Part shown: one piece after another, positions 1 through 13,608 of the stretch | How the letters are laid out: every line of letters begins with the position of its first letter | How positions within the stretch are numbered: position 1 is the first letter of the stretch | Assembly: GCF_002105155.1 (NCBI RefSeq) | Contig: NW_019029001.1 | Span: forward strand, 558,001 to 622,000 | Source of the DNA: Lobosporangium transversale | Taxonomy: Eukaryota | DNA length: 64,000 nt | Direction of reading: 5' to 3' | Notes under the pieces: generated by a model | Seen by the model: the letters and a program-made list of their open reading frames with translations, nothing else | Told to the model about the DNA's origin: nothing | Databases searched by the model: none | Program-made: the position numbers and the translations under genes

Positions 1-2214
1 AGGAAGAAACAGGATATGGTTTAAAAACTCGACTTTATGAAAAGGCTGTCCAAAGGGGCGTCAAAGGAGATGAAGAAGAAAAAAAAGGGATGTGTGGTTG
101 CCCTTTTTTTATTCTATCATTTGTGATGAGCGGAAACGAACGTAATCTCAGTATCCTGTGGGATTGAAGATCGGGAATCAGAAACAAATGGATCTTAAGA
201 TAATGGGAATAAACAAATAATAATAATAATAATAAAAAAAAATAAAAAAAAAAACGTTGAGAAGTGTGTGTGTAAGAAATAAAGAGGATGAGGATGATTA
301 TTGAGATGGTGATGCGTTGTCGTACAAGTTGCGTGCTAATAATCAGCTCAAAGGCAGAACGGAAATATTGGGCGAGAACAGTGGAGAGGATTAGTGATGA
401 AAATGATTCGCGAGCAATGCTGTCCGAGTACAGTTGATGTTGTTAAAGATATCAAGTAGAGTAGGATGGCAATACGTGGCGTTGCAGGAGTATCAGTGAG
501 GGTGTAAGGATGTGGGAGTGTTCTGTTAGAATGAAATGGGAGAAAGAGAGAGAGAAAAGAGAAAGAAAGAGAGGATCAACCGCTAGCCCAGCCCATCGAT
601 GATGATGACTCGGTCTGCCTGTGTCAACACTGGATGAATCTTCTGTGTCTGTGTCTGTCGGTGTTCGGTCTTGATGAGATTCAATCGAGGACCAAATTTG
701 TAGTCACTCGTGAAAGAAAGAAAACCAGTTTAACATTCATTTCATTCGTTATTCAATAAATACAGATGTATTGTATATATTTCTTTAATTATCGTTCGTT
801 TAAATGTTTGTGCTGTTATTATTGTTATTATTTATGTGTCTTCGTTTGCTTTTCAAAAGTCTTCTATCTCTGTGGATCTTCTAGTCTAGTCATGCTTGCA
901 TCCAATTCTTTTTCTGATCTTTATAATTCCTTTTCATCGCTGCGCCCGAATGAATAACAATTTTTTTAAAAAAAAAAAAAAAAAAAAAAACTTGGTTGTT
1001 GGGTATATTTTGCTTTTTTTTTTTTTTTTTTGTTTTTATAGAAACATAATCATCTTTTCTCCTTTCCCACACTTTTTTTTATTTTTTATTTTTTATTTTG
1101 CCTTTCGAGAGTTTGTATAACATTCTTTGGATAAAACTCTTTCTCTGATTTTTTTTTTTTTTATTCCAAATTGTGGAGCAAAGAAATTAATGGCAATGCT
1201 GAAACATGGTATCTCTTTTTTTTTTTTTCTTGTCATCTTCATCTGCCACGGGCCACTGAAACATCCAACTTTTCATTGAAAGATATTTAGTACAACGGGC
1301 TTGTCCGACTTTTAAAGATCTTCTGTTCATGAATAATGGAAATGCATTGACAGATTATTACGAGAGAAGAGTGGCAATCTCAAAACTTCATTGACATTGA
1401 CACATCAAATAAACATGTGGACCGACATGCATATGTCCGTCAAGTAAAGTATATAAAATGACGAATGTTTGTAACCTAGATTTTTTTTTATTTTTTCATG
1501 CGGACGCCTTGTTCGGGCAGTTCCCTTTTATGGAGCTTGCTCTCCTTAGACTGCTCATACAACCCCTCGTCTATGGAACTGTTTCCTCCATGGCCATGGT
1601 GGCTTCAATTTAGATCATAAGGGAGAACCCTTGAATTGAATCTATCAACCATTATCTCTTTTTTACTTTTCTTCCCTATTCTTTGTATTCAAATGATTTA
1701 TACTTGTGTCTGTTCTGCATTCCAAATTTTAGTAAGACATCATGGTACTGAAAAAAAAAAGCTTATCCCGATGGACAGAAATTTTGAGTGAATATATTTT
1801 TACCCCAGATAAAATAATGATAACGACGTCCCATAAGTCTTGTTATGGCTCAGAGAAAAAAAAAGGAACTACTAATCTCCCAGGACAAGATAGTTTTGAA
1901 TGAAGAAAGAGAATGAGGTATTAAAATAAACCACGCGAGAAAATATTGTGCCTGAGAGAAACGTTAGTTCCCGATCAAAAACAAGGTTCAACAACAGTCG
2001 AGATGGATCCATGTTGACAGGATTGGCAGTCTCGAATAAAGAAGAAGTAAAAAAGACAAAGCCCTTGAACAACCAAACTTTCTTCATTAATCATAAGTTC
2101 CTGCATTATGGATCTTTATGACAAAGTACATAGTATTCAACCAATCTCGTGGCAAAGTCAACTTGTCGATCTGCAATAGTCATTTTAAACAGAGGTAATA
2201 GTATATATAGATAG

Positions 2215-2371
<157 letters not shown>

Positions 2372-3718
2372 GTGTTGAGTAATTGAAAGGATATTTTTGT
2401 GTCCGATCAGATCTTCCTCTCCACGTCTTTACGTCTTGAACAAACTCGTCAGCTTTATTAATCGCGTACTTGTTAAATCATCCTACACGTCTACACACGT
2501 ACTGCATTCACGAAAATCAATGCAAAACCTCCTTTCTCACCCCAACAACAACAACTCAGCATCATGGAATTATTCGTGCTCTTTTTTTCTCTCTCTCCTT
2601 CTCTCTCTTTATTTTATTTTTTCGTCCATCTCTTTTGCATGTTTCTCCCTCATTAACCTTCATCTAATCCTTACCCTGTCTATCCCGAAGATGTGCAGTC
2701 CTTTTAGTCCATTCTAGACTACTTGGGTATTTGGCATTAGTAGGGCCTCAGGCACAGATTCAAAATGAATTGTTTGACCAAAGAGGAAATGCCGAGCTGC
2801 CCATCGTATCGGGCCTTTAATTTTTTTTAAGTCACACACCATGTTCACGTCCGAAAACATGATTATAATTTTTTAATCTAAAAACGATGATTAAATTGAC
2901 TTGGTGACAGACTTTTTTACAAACTAAATTGGTGCCAATCTGTATTCATTCAACAAATGTTGCGGGGTCGTGCCCAATTGAAACGGGCTATATTTATACA
3001 CATATGGCTCCCTTGTTGCGCGTCAACAAGTGAAAGGTAGGGGGTGAGTAACCCTAAATATTATAAGAGCAGCACCTTTTATACTTCCTTACTTTCAGTT
3101 GGACTTGCTCCCATACATTCAGAGTGTCCACAAGCCAGGACAATAGATTCAGCAGACTTAGGCTTAAATGTCAAGCACATGATTGTCTGGTATCCAGGGT
3201 GTCCCAAAGGGCAGGAACATTATGATTCTATTGAATAAAATCAAAATAAATAAGTGACACATCCAGATGTATGTGGATAAATATATACAGTAGTCCCCAT
3301 GTTGACATCTTGAGTATATAAAGTTTACAATCAGTTTTTTTTTTTTTTTTTTTTTTTTTTGCGGAGTCTCTCACAATTCGAGGTCTAGTCCCAAATGTAA
3401 TCAGAACTGAACAACTGATATATATGTCTATACATAGGACCTGGACACTTGATGATGTTAAACTGGACCTGTTTATAAGGTATTGTACCGAAGTTAGACC
3501 GCTGTACATGCTCATACATAGGAGATTTCTACGCGTATGTGTAGTTCTTGGTATCTCCTTGTGATTGCGCCACCAATATGGGATTATTCAGTCAGTCACG
3601 TGGAAAGTCGGCACAGAAATATTTAAAGTTCACAAGATTCACAGTCTGATCATGTCATGGGGTTTAGACTCTGGAGGTATTCCATCAACTTGCATACGTA
3701 TATAAAATATATAGCCCG

Positions 3719-3890
3719 TTTCATTTGGTCATGATACCTTATATTTTTTGAATACTTTCGAGTGTATTGGCAGCCAATTGGCTCGCTTGTTGCGAGTATT
3801 GTTGCAAGTCCGTCACGTAGTGAAATGCCACCAGAACAATTCAATCATCGTTTTTAGATTAAAAATATAAGGTATCATGACCAAATGAAA
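3719..3890. repeat. Perfect 30-bp inverted repeat pair, MITE/foldback-like
   Basis: 3719-3748 TTTCATTTGGTCATGATACCTTATATTTTT is the exact reverse complement of 3861-3890; 112-bp spacer; degenerate symmetry continues outward. Confidence 0.85.
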
Positions 3891-5061
3891 TTGGCGATAT
3901 ATGTATATAGTGTAAAAATATACATTACACATATACCTCCGCGACTTTTCCCGTGTTCATCAATGTTTATCTGTGTTTGTAGGCTCATCTAACAAATCTA
4001 ACATGTATAAACATGAATAATATATTTTTATGTGTACATACTGCATAACTGGTCAGAGATAGTATATATAAATATATATATAAACACATCTCTATATATA
4101 TAAATATTTATACAAATAAACACCTATACTTTTGTTACATTCCAGAGATGGGCGAAGCATTTATTGGATTGACAGCTAGTAAGACCTTCATCGTATAAAT
4201 AGGATCCTTTTGCTCACTATTTCCTTTAAAGAAAAAAAGAAAAAAAAAATAGTTAGCGATAGCTCGCTATTCTCTTGCTTTGAACCAACTATAAATTAAG
4301 AAAATTGATTGAAATAGAATGGGCCTAGTGCTTAGTACGTTCCCTTGAGATACAAAGTCTGGATGCTGGAATGAATAACATTTCTAGTACGAGGCTTTTC
4401 ATTTTTGTATCTCTTTTTTTTTATTGAGTGTCATATAGTTTCATTGTAGTGAAATTCTATTAGGACTTGAATGATGCCGAGGGAGGTCGGACAAAAAAAA
4501 AAAAAGTTACATCTAAGTTTCCTTTTCTTTTACATCAGCTACTCCTAAACTTTCATTTTCGCACCATGCAGCGATAGCTTTTTTTTTTTATAAATTTCTG
4601 CTTGCCCTAAATAGAATAAGAGAGCAGAAAAAAAAAAAAAAAAAAAAAAAAGAGCAGGCATTATTGGTAGGACAGGAATTGGTATGCATCTCGATCTTGA
4701 AGCGCGATTCGTTGCATGTAGACTCATTTACTTGCCCTGCTTGCTCTCCTCCCCCTAATGACCCCTCTCTCATCTTTTTTGCAAGAAGTATGGGGATGCT
4801 AGTGAGCATCCAATAGGCCTCTGTATTCTGGCTCTTCTACATTTTTCATGTCTATACACCCTTTTTCTTTTTCTTACCATCGCTCTCCCTGTTTCTCTTT
4901 CTCTTCTTTTCTTTCTTTCTTCCACTCTTTTTTTTTTTTTTTTTTTTTTTCTTCGTTTCACTTTACATCACCACCACTCCAATATTTAAATACCCCCACT
5001 TCTTTAATATTTAAACCCATCTTCTTCATTTACTCTATTAACACCCCATCTCATCTTCATA

Positions 5062-6737
5062 ATGCGTGAAATTGTCTCACTACATATCGGTCAGGTAAAA
5101 TAACGCTTTATTTGATTGTTTAAAAGAAAAAAGGAAGGAAAGGAAGGAAATTAAGAAAGGCGTTCTCAGACTGACATTTTTATTATTATTATTATTATTA
5201 TTTGTTTTTTTTTCCTTTATAGGCCGGAATTCAGATCGGAAATGCATGCTGGGAACTTTACTGTCTTGAACATGGCATTGCACCTGATGGCACCAGGTAA
5301 TTTAAAAGAAAGGAAAAAAAAAAATCCTGTATTACCACACTGTTGATGGTTACACCAAGAGAAAGAAAGCGCGACTGAGATGAATCTCATCCTTCATTAG
5401 AAACGCGGACGCACCCGAGTCCACCCCTGGTACCTTCTTTGCCGAGGGAAGCAATGGAAAATTTGTCCCACGAACTGGTAAGGTCTTTGCTACTATCTCA
5501 AATCCTAAAAAAAAAGAAAAAGGAAAAACAATGTCTCAACAATTTTTTTTTTTCTTTTTTCTTTTTTCTTTTCATTTTTGGGATAGTCCTTGTGGATCTT
5601 GAAGAGACAGTAGTAGACGAGGTTCGCAATGGCAGGTACAAGAACCTGTTCCATCCAGAATCCCTCATCTCCCATCGTGAGGATGCTTCCAACAACTACG
5701 CTCGTGGCCATTACACTATCGGCAAAGAGTTGATTGATCCCGTCATGGACAGAATTCGTAAAGTTACCGACAACTGTAGTGGTCTTCAGGGTTTCATTCT
5801 TTTCCATTCCTTCGGTGGTGGTACGGGTTCAGGTCTTGGCGCACTCTTACTTGAGCGTCTTGCCCTAGACTATGGTAAAAAAGCTAAACTCGAATTCGCT
5901 GTTTACCCTGCTCCTCGTATTGCCACCTCTGTGGTGGAGCCCTATAACTCCGTCTTGACCACACATGCGACCTTGGATCAAGCAGATTGTACATTCATGG
6001 TCGATAACGAAGCCATCTATGAGATCTGTCGTCAGAAATTGAACGTGGAACGTCCTAATTATACAAACCTCAACCGAATGATTGCCCAGGTGGTCTCTTC
6101 AATCACACTCTCTTTGCGATTCCCTGGCTCCTTGAACGTGGACATGAACGAGTTCCAGACTAATTTGGTGCCCTTCCCCCGTATCCATTTCCCTTTGATC
6201 TCCTATGCCCCCATCCTGTCTAAAGGCAAGGCGCTCCATGAACAATCTTCGGTCAGCGAGATTACTGCAGCTTGTTTTGAACGATCCAGTCAGATGGTCA
6301 ACTGTGATGCTCGTCTGGGCAAATATATGGCTTGCTGTCTCTTGTACCGTGGAGATGTCATTCCCAAGGATGTGACCAGTGCCATCAATACTATCAAGAC
6401 CAAGAGTTCAATTCAGTTTGTAGATTGGTGCCCTACTGGCTTCAAGGTCGGCATTAATCAACAACAGGCAGCAGTTGTCCCTGAAAGTGAAGTCGCTGCT
6501 GCTACCCGATCCGTCTGTATGCTCAGTAACACCACCTCTATCGCCACTGCCTGGACACAATTGGACCGAAAGTTTGATCTCATGTATGCAAAACGTGCTT
6601 TCGTGCACTGGTATGTCGGAGAGGGTATGGAAGAAGGCGAGTTCTCAGAGGCGCGTGAGGATCTCGCTGCTCTGGAGAAGGATTACGCAGAGGTTTCAGG
6701 TGATGGTGCAGCAGAAGTTGAACATGACGAGTACTAA
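5062..6737 (+). CDS. Alpha-tubulin, divergent paralog (4 exons: 5062-5094, 5223-5296, 5401-5477, 5587-6737)
   Basis: Spliced translation [29 protein letters not shown]...; GGGTGSG signature; [31 protein letters not shown]; ends DEY; GT-AG introns keep frame. Confidence 0.96.
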
Positions 6738-6933
6738 AATAACCTCGTCCACTGCGTAATTATGAAACATTCAAGCATGATACCGCCTCCCCTCTCCTCC
6801 AGCAACAAAGAGCATTTATTTTCTTTGTCAATTGCTTTCATGTAGTGTATTAATTAGATAGAGAACAAATAATAATAATAATATATATAAAGACAACTGA
6901 AAAGAAAACATTTGCAAAAATGCGTTTGATTGT

Positions 6934-8960
6934 CTAAGAAAAGTATTGAATTTCAAGGCCTACGGTTTTGACTATAGGATCTTGGGTATGAGGCGAAAAC
7001 ACATGTCCTACAAACCCGAGGCTGAACAATAGCTTATTGAATCGACCTTCCCACATGATGGCTAAACCAGATTGCACGCCTAATCGAGCCTTGATCACTC
7101 CAATGACAGGCTGTTTTTCCTTCGTCTCAGTTGTTGCTACTGTAGCGGGCAGATCGGGCATACCCACAGTCTTCGGGAATGGGATATCATCTTTCTCTTG
7201 CGCAGCAGCAACAACAACCGCTGTGGACGATTTCTTGCTTTCACGAATCCACCATTCAAATCCTGCGGTCAGCTCACTATCATAACTGTAGAGATTGAAA
7301 TCAAACCGTGAACAAAGTCCCAAATCTGGATGGACTTGAGCTGCGTAGCTACTGGAGACATGGCCCATGATTGGATTTAATGTTTGAGTAATAGTAATAG
7401 GAACGTAGTTTTGGTGTTGTTCTGGAGCGGTGGATGTTGGGTAATGTAGCGTTGTAGGGTTTTCTGATGATATATCAGCGGGCGCCAGTGGGGGAAGCGT
7501 CCTGTAACGTAACCCTGTTGAAACTATGAGTATTAAAGAAAAAAGGAATGGCAATCAAATTAAATAACGGACAAGAGATGGCTTATTGGCGAATGGCCCA
7601 ATGAAATAAAAACATAGTATTGTATAAATGACATACATCCTCCAAGTTTTTCGGTTGCACTGTAGTAAAGCTCAGCACCAACTGACCAGTACCCTCGGAT
7701 CCTTTCTGATGGTACTATCCATTCCTCGGGCATCTCCTCATCCAAGTACCCCGCACGGCTTGAATCAACCTTACTACTAATATCACTGTTGGGGTCCCTT
7801 GAAAGGTCTGATGTCGGTATTACAGTTGATTTAGATAATGGTGATGATGATCTCGATGTGGAACTAGTAGCTAGCGTAGAATCCTCAGACTGCTGTTCAG
7901 GTTTAACAGAGCTACTGTCCTGATTTTCTAGTAATACCTTTTCTATGCATTCTTCCTGCTGTAGCTGCCGGTGTCGACGAAGGCGGCTCTCCTGAAGCAT
8001 GCTTTCATAAGAGTCATCAAAATCCTTGCCAAAGTTATACAACCCGCGAATGCCGATCAATCCATCATCCGTTGTAAATGACATTTCTGCACAATATTTG
8101 CCCTTATCGTACTGATACTGTGCTGAAAGCTATATGTACATGTTTATATATAAGTGATAGGATCGAGTCAACAACTCCCATACGTCGCTTCGCCTACTCA
8201 GTCCTGCATTTTTTTTTTTTTTTTTTTTTTTTGCGATACAAATATGTTTTATGGGTGATAATGATACCTTACATGAGATGCGCTCCTGGATGCTGGATCA
8301 CTGATTCCTGAAATGACATACTGTCTATGTTTTGAAATGCGCCGACTATACAATGCCTCCAATCTTGCGTTCGCCAAATTAATCCGTCCACAAAGCAAAT
8401 AGTCTGTAATAAAGAATAAAAAGAACTATTAAAAAAAAAAAAAAAAAAAAATCCATGAAATCTTTCCTGAATTAATAAAGGATCATTTTTTACCTTTCCG
8501 TTTCTTCCCATCCTGGTCAAGCTCTGTCCATTGATCTGCTTCGCGGATGGAGTGATCCAAGCAGATAATCCGGAATCGGTCAACTAAATGTCGAAATCGA
8601 ACTGAAGCAGAGTCGTCGATTGGCAATGCCCTGGAAGTAAACAGATAGCCCAGTGAACCCTCCAGGATCGGAAGCGCATTCATTGTAGTGGTGGTTTTGA
8701 ACACAGTACTAGGAAGTTTTGACAGACGTAATGACAATCCCTGTGGTGCTTGGAAATCCAATAATGCTATAAAATGGAAAACATGATAATAAAAAAAAGT
8801 TAGGATAGCGCAGCGTACTTGTAATGTTACTTGGCAGTTTTCTTTTTCTTTTTCCTTCTTTACCTCGCGTGGTTGCACAAAGATGAGAGTATTGATTATC
8901 TTCGTTCCAGCCAGAGGCACGATAGTACCGCCGGAGACAGTACTCCATAAAGTCGTACAT
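6934..8960 (-). CDS. MDM10: Mitochondrial distribution and morphology protein 10 (ERMES/SAM beta-barrel), multi-exon
   Basis: N-term MYDFMEYCLRRYYRASGWNEDNQYSHL, LEGSLGYLFTS, TDDGLIGIRGLYNFG, WSVGAELYYS, STGLRYRTLP, TLNPIMGHVSSSYA, LCSRFDFNLYSYDS, C-term GLEIQYFS match Mdm10. Confidence 0.92.
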
Positions 8961-9269
8961 TGTGTGCGAAGCCAGTTCTGGGCTGTAAAATCCTTATCAA
9001 CTGAAAGCGAGGGATTTATTTAATTGTTTCTATTGACACGTATCTACTGCTGAGAATAACGTTCTTTGTATTGAGAGACTATGTGTAGTGTGGTATATAA
9101 TCAAAACTAGTAATGATGTTGGAGCTAGATTGAATTAAGAGTGGAGACGTGTGGATGCGAATATGATCAATCGATCAGTTTTGTGATCGGAAACTAAGAC
9201 AGCATGAAGGCGAGAGCAGCACAATCTCGGCCCAATTACGTCACCGGCCCAAAAATTAATTTAAACTTT

Positions 9270-10680
9270 CTAATATGATATTAGACGCCGATATTCGACA
9301 AACATTTCCATGCTGGTCACCACATTGTTGAAGTGAGTTGTAAGCTCAGGATCATGAACTATGTTGTCCGGATCTTCCGTAGTGTCCAAAAGCCCTTCGA
9401 GGGTTTCTTGAAAATCATTGGGCTTGACATTCTCTTGATCTGGCCCCATAGTGTCCTCACCACTTTCATGATCCGGATCTGTTATCGGCGATGAAGAAAC
9501 TTCTTGAAGAATCGTTCTCACAACTGTGCGGCTAGGAAGCTCGACAGGGATCTCCCGCAGGATTGGTTGTTCTATGTCCAAAGGCTTTGGATGAATATAA
9601 TCTAAGTCCAATTCATCTTCCTCAAAACCACTTTCGTCTAAGAAATCAGATTCAGAGCGAGATATAAAGATATCCTTATAATCTTCATGCTTTAAGGCCT
9701 TTTCGATGGCTTCCATAACTGATAGGGATGGTTCTTCGCTTCCGTACGTTTCAATATAGTTAAGAACCGCAAAATCATCTTGCTTGGAAATGAACTCACT
9801 GTCGCCTCTGTACTTGGTTATGAGTTCTCTCTTTAAGCGGTCAATATGACCTTTTTTGTTTGTTTCGACGCCAAGACTCAACAGCCTCTGCTTGTGGTTG
9901 TCTGGAATGACGGGGACCTTGCCGAAGTCCTTGCGGATACATTCAGTAGTAATCGTGTCCTAGGCTTTGAAGAGAAATGGCCAGAGTAACCTATTGATGT
10001 TTTCGTCTCGCTCGATGTAGCGCGCAGCCATTTCAAGCATGAGCCGACTGTAGTGAGCCTTGAAACAACGAATGACTCCAGCACCCATTGGCTGTGTAAG
10101 TGATGCAGTGTTTGGTGGAAGACGCACAATGGTAATATTGGTGAGACCGACGCATTCGCAGCCTTTATTACCCGGTGCGCTGCCAATCAGCAGGGTAATC
10201 TCCCGTCCCTGCTGTCTATTTCATCGTCAAACTCTTGGAGCTACTCTCATAGCCCACTTTCAAAGGATGAGAGGGCTTCATTTGGCAGGAACCCGAAGAG
10301 TTGTTACAAAACAAAATGGATACTCGAACCACGCGCACAATCTTGCGGCCATGGACAGGCTCGGTAGCAAGGGTCTTATCTGCCATGGCATTGAAAAAGA
10401 GACTGATTTCGTCACAGTTATAAATGTTCTCGGAGTCAAATCGAGTGAGCTCATTCTGAATTTCCTGAATCCGGCCTTGCCGTTTCGAGAGGTCAACAGA
10501 ACCACTTTCTCCATGTGTAACAAATCCTTCGATCCCCGTCCGTAACTTGAACTTGTCTAGCCAACCGCGGGAAAAGTCGAGGGGTTCAGGGCGTAGCCCT
10601 GAGTGGTAGTACTCCTTGATGATGATCCATATCCCGGCCGCAGTCCCTTGCAGACGGGCAGCAGTGACATTAATTTCCAT
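9270..10680 (-). mobile_element. Degenerate pogo/Tigger-type (CENP-B HTH + DDE_1) transposase relic
   Basis: FSRGWLDKFKLRTGI (HTH), IYNCDEISLFF (first Asp), and in a shifted frame ITLLIGSAPGN and NITIVRLPPNTASLTQPMGAGVIRCFKAHYS; frameshifts; no clear TIRs. Confidence 0.85.
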
Positions 10681-11247
10681 TGAAAGGTGGTGAAATGCTT
10701 AGATGCCCCTTACCTTAATTGTTCTCAACAAAGCTTTCAGTATTCAGAATTCAGTGCGCACTCAGTTTGACTTGCTTATTAAACCAGTGAATTAATATGA
10801 CGTCCAATCCACTGACTTTTCTCTTTCGAATACGTGTCAAACGCTAGGAAGCTAGAGAAGAGAGACTCTGATAATATTAAAGGTAGTAATCCGCCTTTTT
10901 GAGGATCCACTAGACTGTATAAGGGTTGATACCATACATCTTCGCAATCGACCTGTCCGATGCATATGGATTTCTAGCGAAACTTCATGATAAAGGCGTG
11001 CCTAGGTTAAATATATTTTCAAGCTTGCTTATGATCTTCGGCTCCGCAATATCAGAAAAAATCCAAATTAGAGCGGCTTAAATATATTTTTGACTAGTAT
11101 AAATATTATTATTCTGTTCGTTTAATGATCAAAAGGACTCATTCAAGGAGTTCATCATATTGTCTTGATAGTATGCTATATGTCTTTTTTTTTTTTTTTT
11201 TTTTTTTAAAAAAAAATCATCACATTATTTCGTTTCAATACGCGTTA

Positions 11248-12748
11248 TTACTGTCCTGCCCGTGCTGTGCTTCGGCCAGTGTTATCAGTTGTGCGCGTTG
11301 TTTGTGCTCCAACTCGGCCTTGGCTCTCTCGTCTCAACCGCACGGGTCGGGATGAAACAGGAGAGCGACTCAGAAGACTGGCCTCGGTGAAATCTTCCTC
11401 TCCAAATGAAATGTTTCCATCGTCGTCATCGTCATCGTCATCATCTGCCTCTTCAGCAACGTACTCATCATCCTCTTCCGTATATTCTGATTCTACTGCT
11501 GCACGACGACGCCCGCCATTGTCCCCTCGACTCTGCGACATTTGGAACTCTGAAGATCGTTCTGAAAGTAATGAAGGAGGAGGAGGAGGGGGTGGGTGCA
11601 GACTAGACGAAGTGGTCATGGACATGTCGATACCACCCCTTACAATACGTCTTGAGCTCTCTGTAGTTGTTGTGCTTCCAGATGTTGATGCACCGTCGTC
11701 CGTCTCTACGACTGTGCCACGATGCTGACGTTGTGTTGTGGCTGCGGTCGTGGTCGTAATTGGGATAGTAGTGGGAATGCTGCGTTGTTGCCTTTCTGTT
11801 GTTTCTCTTGTGGAACGTGATCCAAGGAGTGAAGCATCTCCGATGCCGGCACCAGCTTCATGGCGACGCTGCAAAGGTGTCTGAGGTCTCTCTGGAACAA
11901 CTGCATCATCTTCAAGCGCTTGATCCTCGTCGTCCTCCATTTCATCATGATCAAAAATCAAGTCTCTTGCTACGCCTCGCGAAGTCCTGCCTAATTCTTC
12001 TTCTTCAAACTCATTATCAGATTCAGTATTGGCTTTTTGCCTTTGGATCTGAACTTGCGGTTGGCGAGGTGTTGTACCTGATGGGAAGATTGGAGTTGCA
12101 CTTCCCATCTCCGGGTGTCCGCGCAACAACTGCTGCTGCTCTCCAAGCTGTCCCGGTTGAGTTCCTTGTACACCTGGTCCAGTGCGCATTTGATGCGCGA
12201 TCGCCAAAGCCTCAGAATCGCTACCAAACCAGCCTGCAAGCACCTGCCAGGTAATCACCGAGAAGATGATCTCCCAGAAGATAAAGACCGCCATAAAAAC
12301 CAGTGCAGTAGAGACCTTGTAGTAGTACATGAAATATCTGGTGAAGGGTGTAGTGACGGTGGATGATAGTTATTATTAATGATATAATACTGAACCCTAC
12401 CTCATTTCGCTTGTAATTTTTTTTTTTTTCCCTACCTGAGGCCATGGAAGTGGGCATCAATGTGGATAGTAGTTTTGTAAACTTGGAGGTCAGGACTTGA
12501 AATTTCCACGCGCGCACGAGCCACAGGATTGACAGCATCTTCGACATAATTCTCAACCAATGGGACCCGGAGGACTTGGTCCTCTTTGGACCACTCCAAG
12601 ACCAATGGAACTGCTCTCCACGCCGTACGCATGAGTTTTAATGGTAGGGACTGGTAGGTGAGGATGGCCTAGAATTTCATCGTAAATCATATTAAAGTAT
12701 AGGGAGAATTAATACATTTGCATCATTTGCTCATCTGTTTTGAAACCG

Positions 12749-12779
<31 letters not shown>

Positions 12780-13608
12780 CGTAGAATGAGTTACTCACAG
12801 GTCTACTAGAGGTCATGATTGCCGTGCCATCAACGCGCAACAGAGTCACGACAACCATGAAGTTCCCAATGGCCACGTTCTTTTCCGATGTAGGCACGTG
12901 CAAGTTGACGGAGATATCATATGCCTGATCCGCACGTAAAAACTAATAGCAACAACCAACATGTACATCTGTATGTTAATATGTCGATTTGTACCTAAAA
13001 AACGTCATTTCTCTTGTTTCATTCAGTTGGAATTCTAATGTTTACCTGGGTATAGCGTCCTCCTCTTGAGAAGTCAACTTCAGCTGATGGAGGGCTTGGG
13101 ACAATGCCAGGAAGACTATCAAAAATGAAGAGTACAGTTTTGTATTGATGTAAATCAGATCCATAACGATTAAAAATAAATAAATAAATAAAAATAGTAA
13201 AAAGACTCAATCAGGACATTACGTTGGTCTATCATATTGCAGATGTACTTGACCGACATGTCCACGTTGAGGGATATAGACCCAGTAGAAGGAAAGGTAA
13301 GCAAAAAGGGATACCCCGACTAGTAAGAGTAGAACAATGAGACCCACGAAGAATTTGATAATCTTGCGATGCAGCGCTGATGAGGTTAACCATTGTGTCA
13401 GTTGTTTGACGTATGGATCAAGCACTGCCAATAATGGAGTGATAAAGAATGAGAGAATCTAAAATATATAAAAGAAAAAGAAAGAAAAAAGTTGAGCGTT
13501 GCGGAAAGATAGACGAAGGAGTGGGCAGAAAAAAGAAGGGTGAAGTATGGGTTAGAGGAATGAGATTCGAATGAGATGAACACTTAAACTTGCCTCAAAG
13601 AGAGTCAT
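11248..13608 (-). CDS. Seipin (Fld1/BSCL2 family, lipid-droplet biogenesis), multi-exon, long acidic low-complexity C-tail
   Basis: TM1 ending AYLSFYWVYIP, lumenal LRADQAYDISVNLHVPTSEKNVAIGNFMV, AHFHGLR, TM2 in 11248-12330 ORF. Start inferred at ATG 13608 via a GC-AG intron. Confidence 0.88.

Noticed and set aside
10060..10545. 161-aa plus-strand ORF
   Set aside because: Antisense shadow of the pogo transposase relic.
11008..11090. Repeated TTAAATATATTTT near the pogo relic as a terminal inverted repeat
   Set aside because: Short AT-rich direct repeat with no matching inverted copy at the other end.
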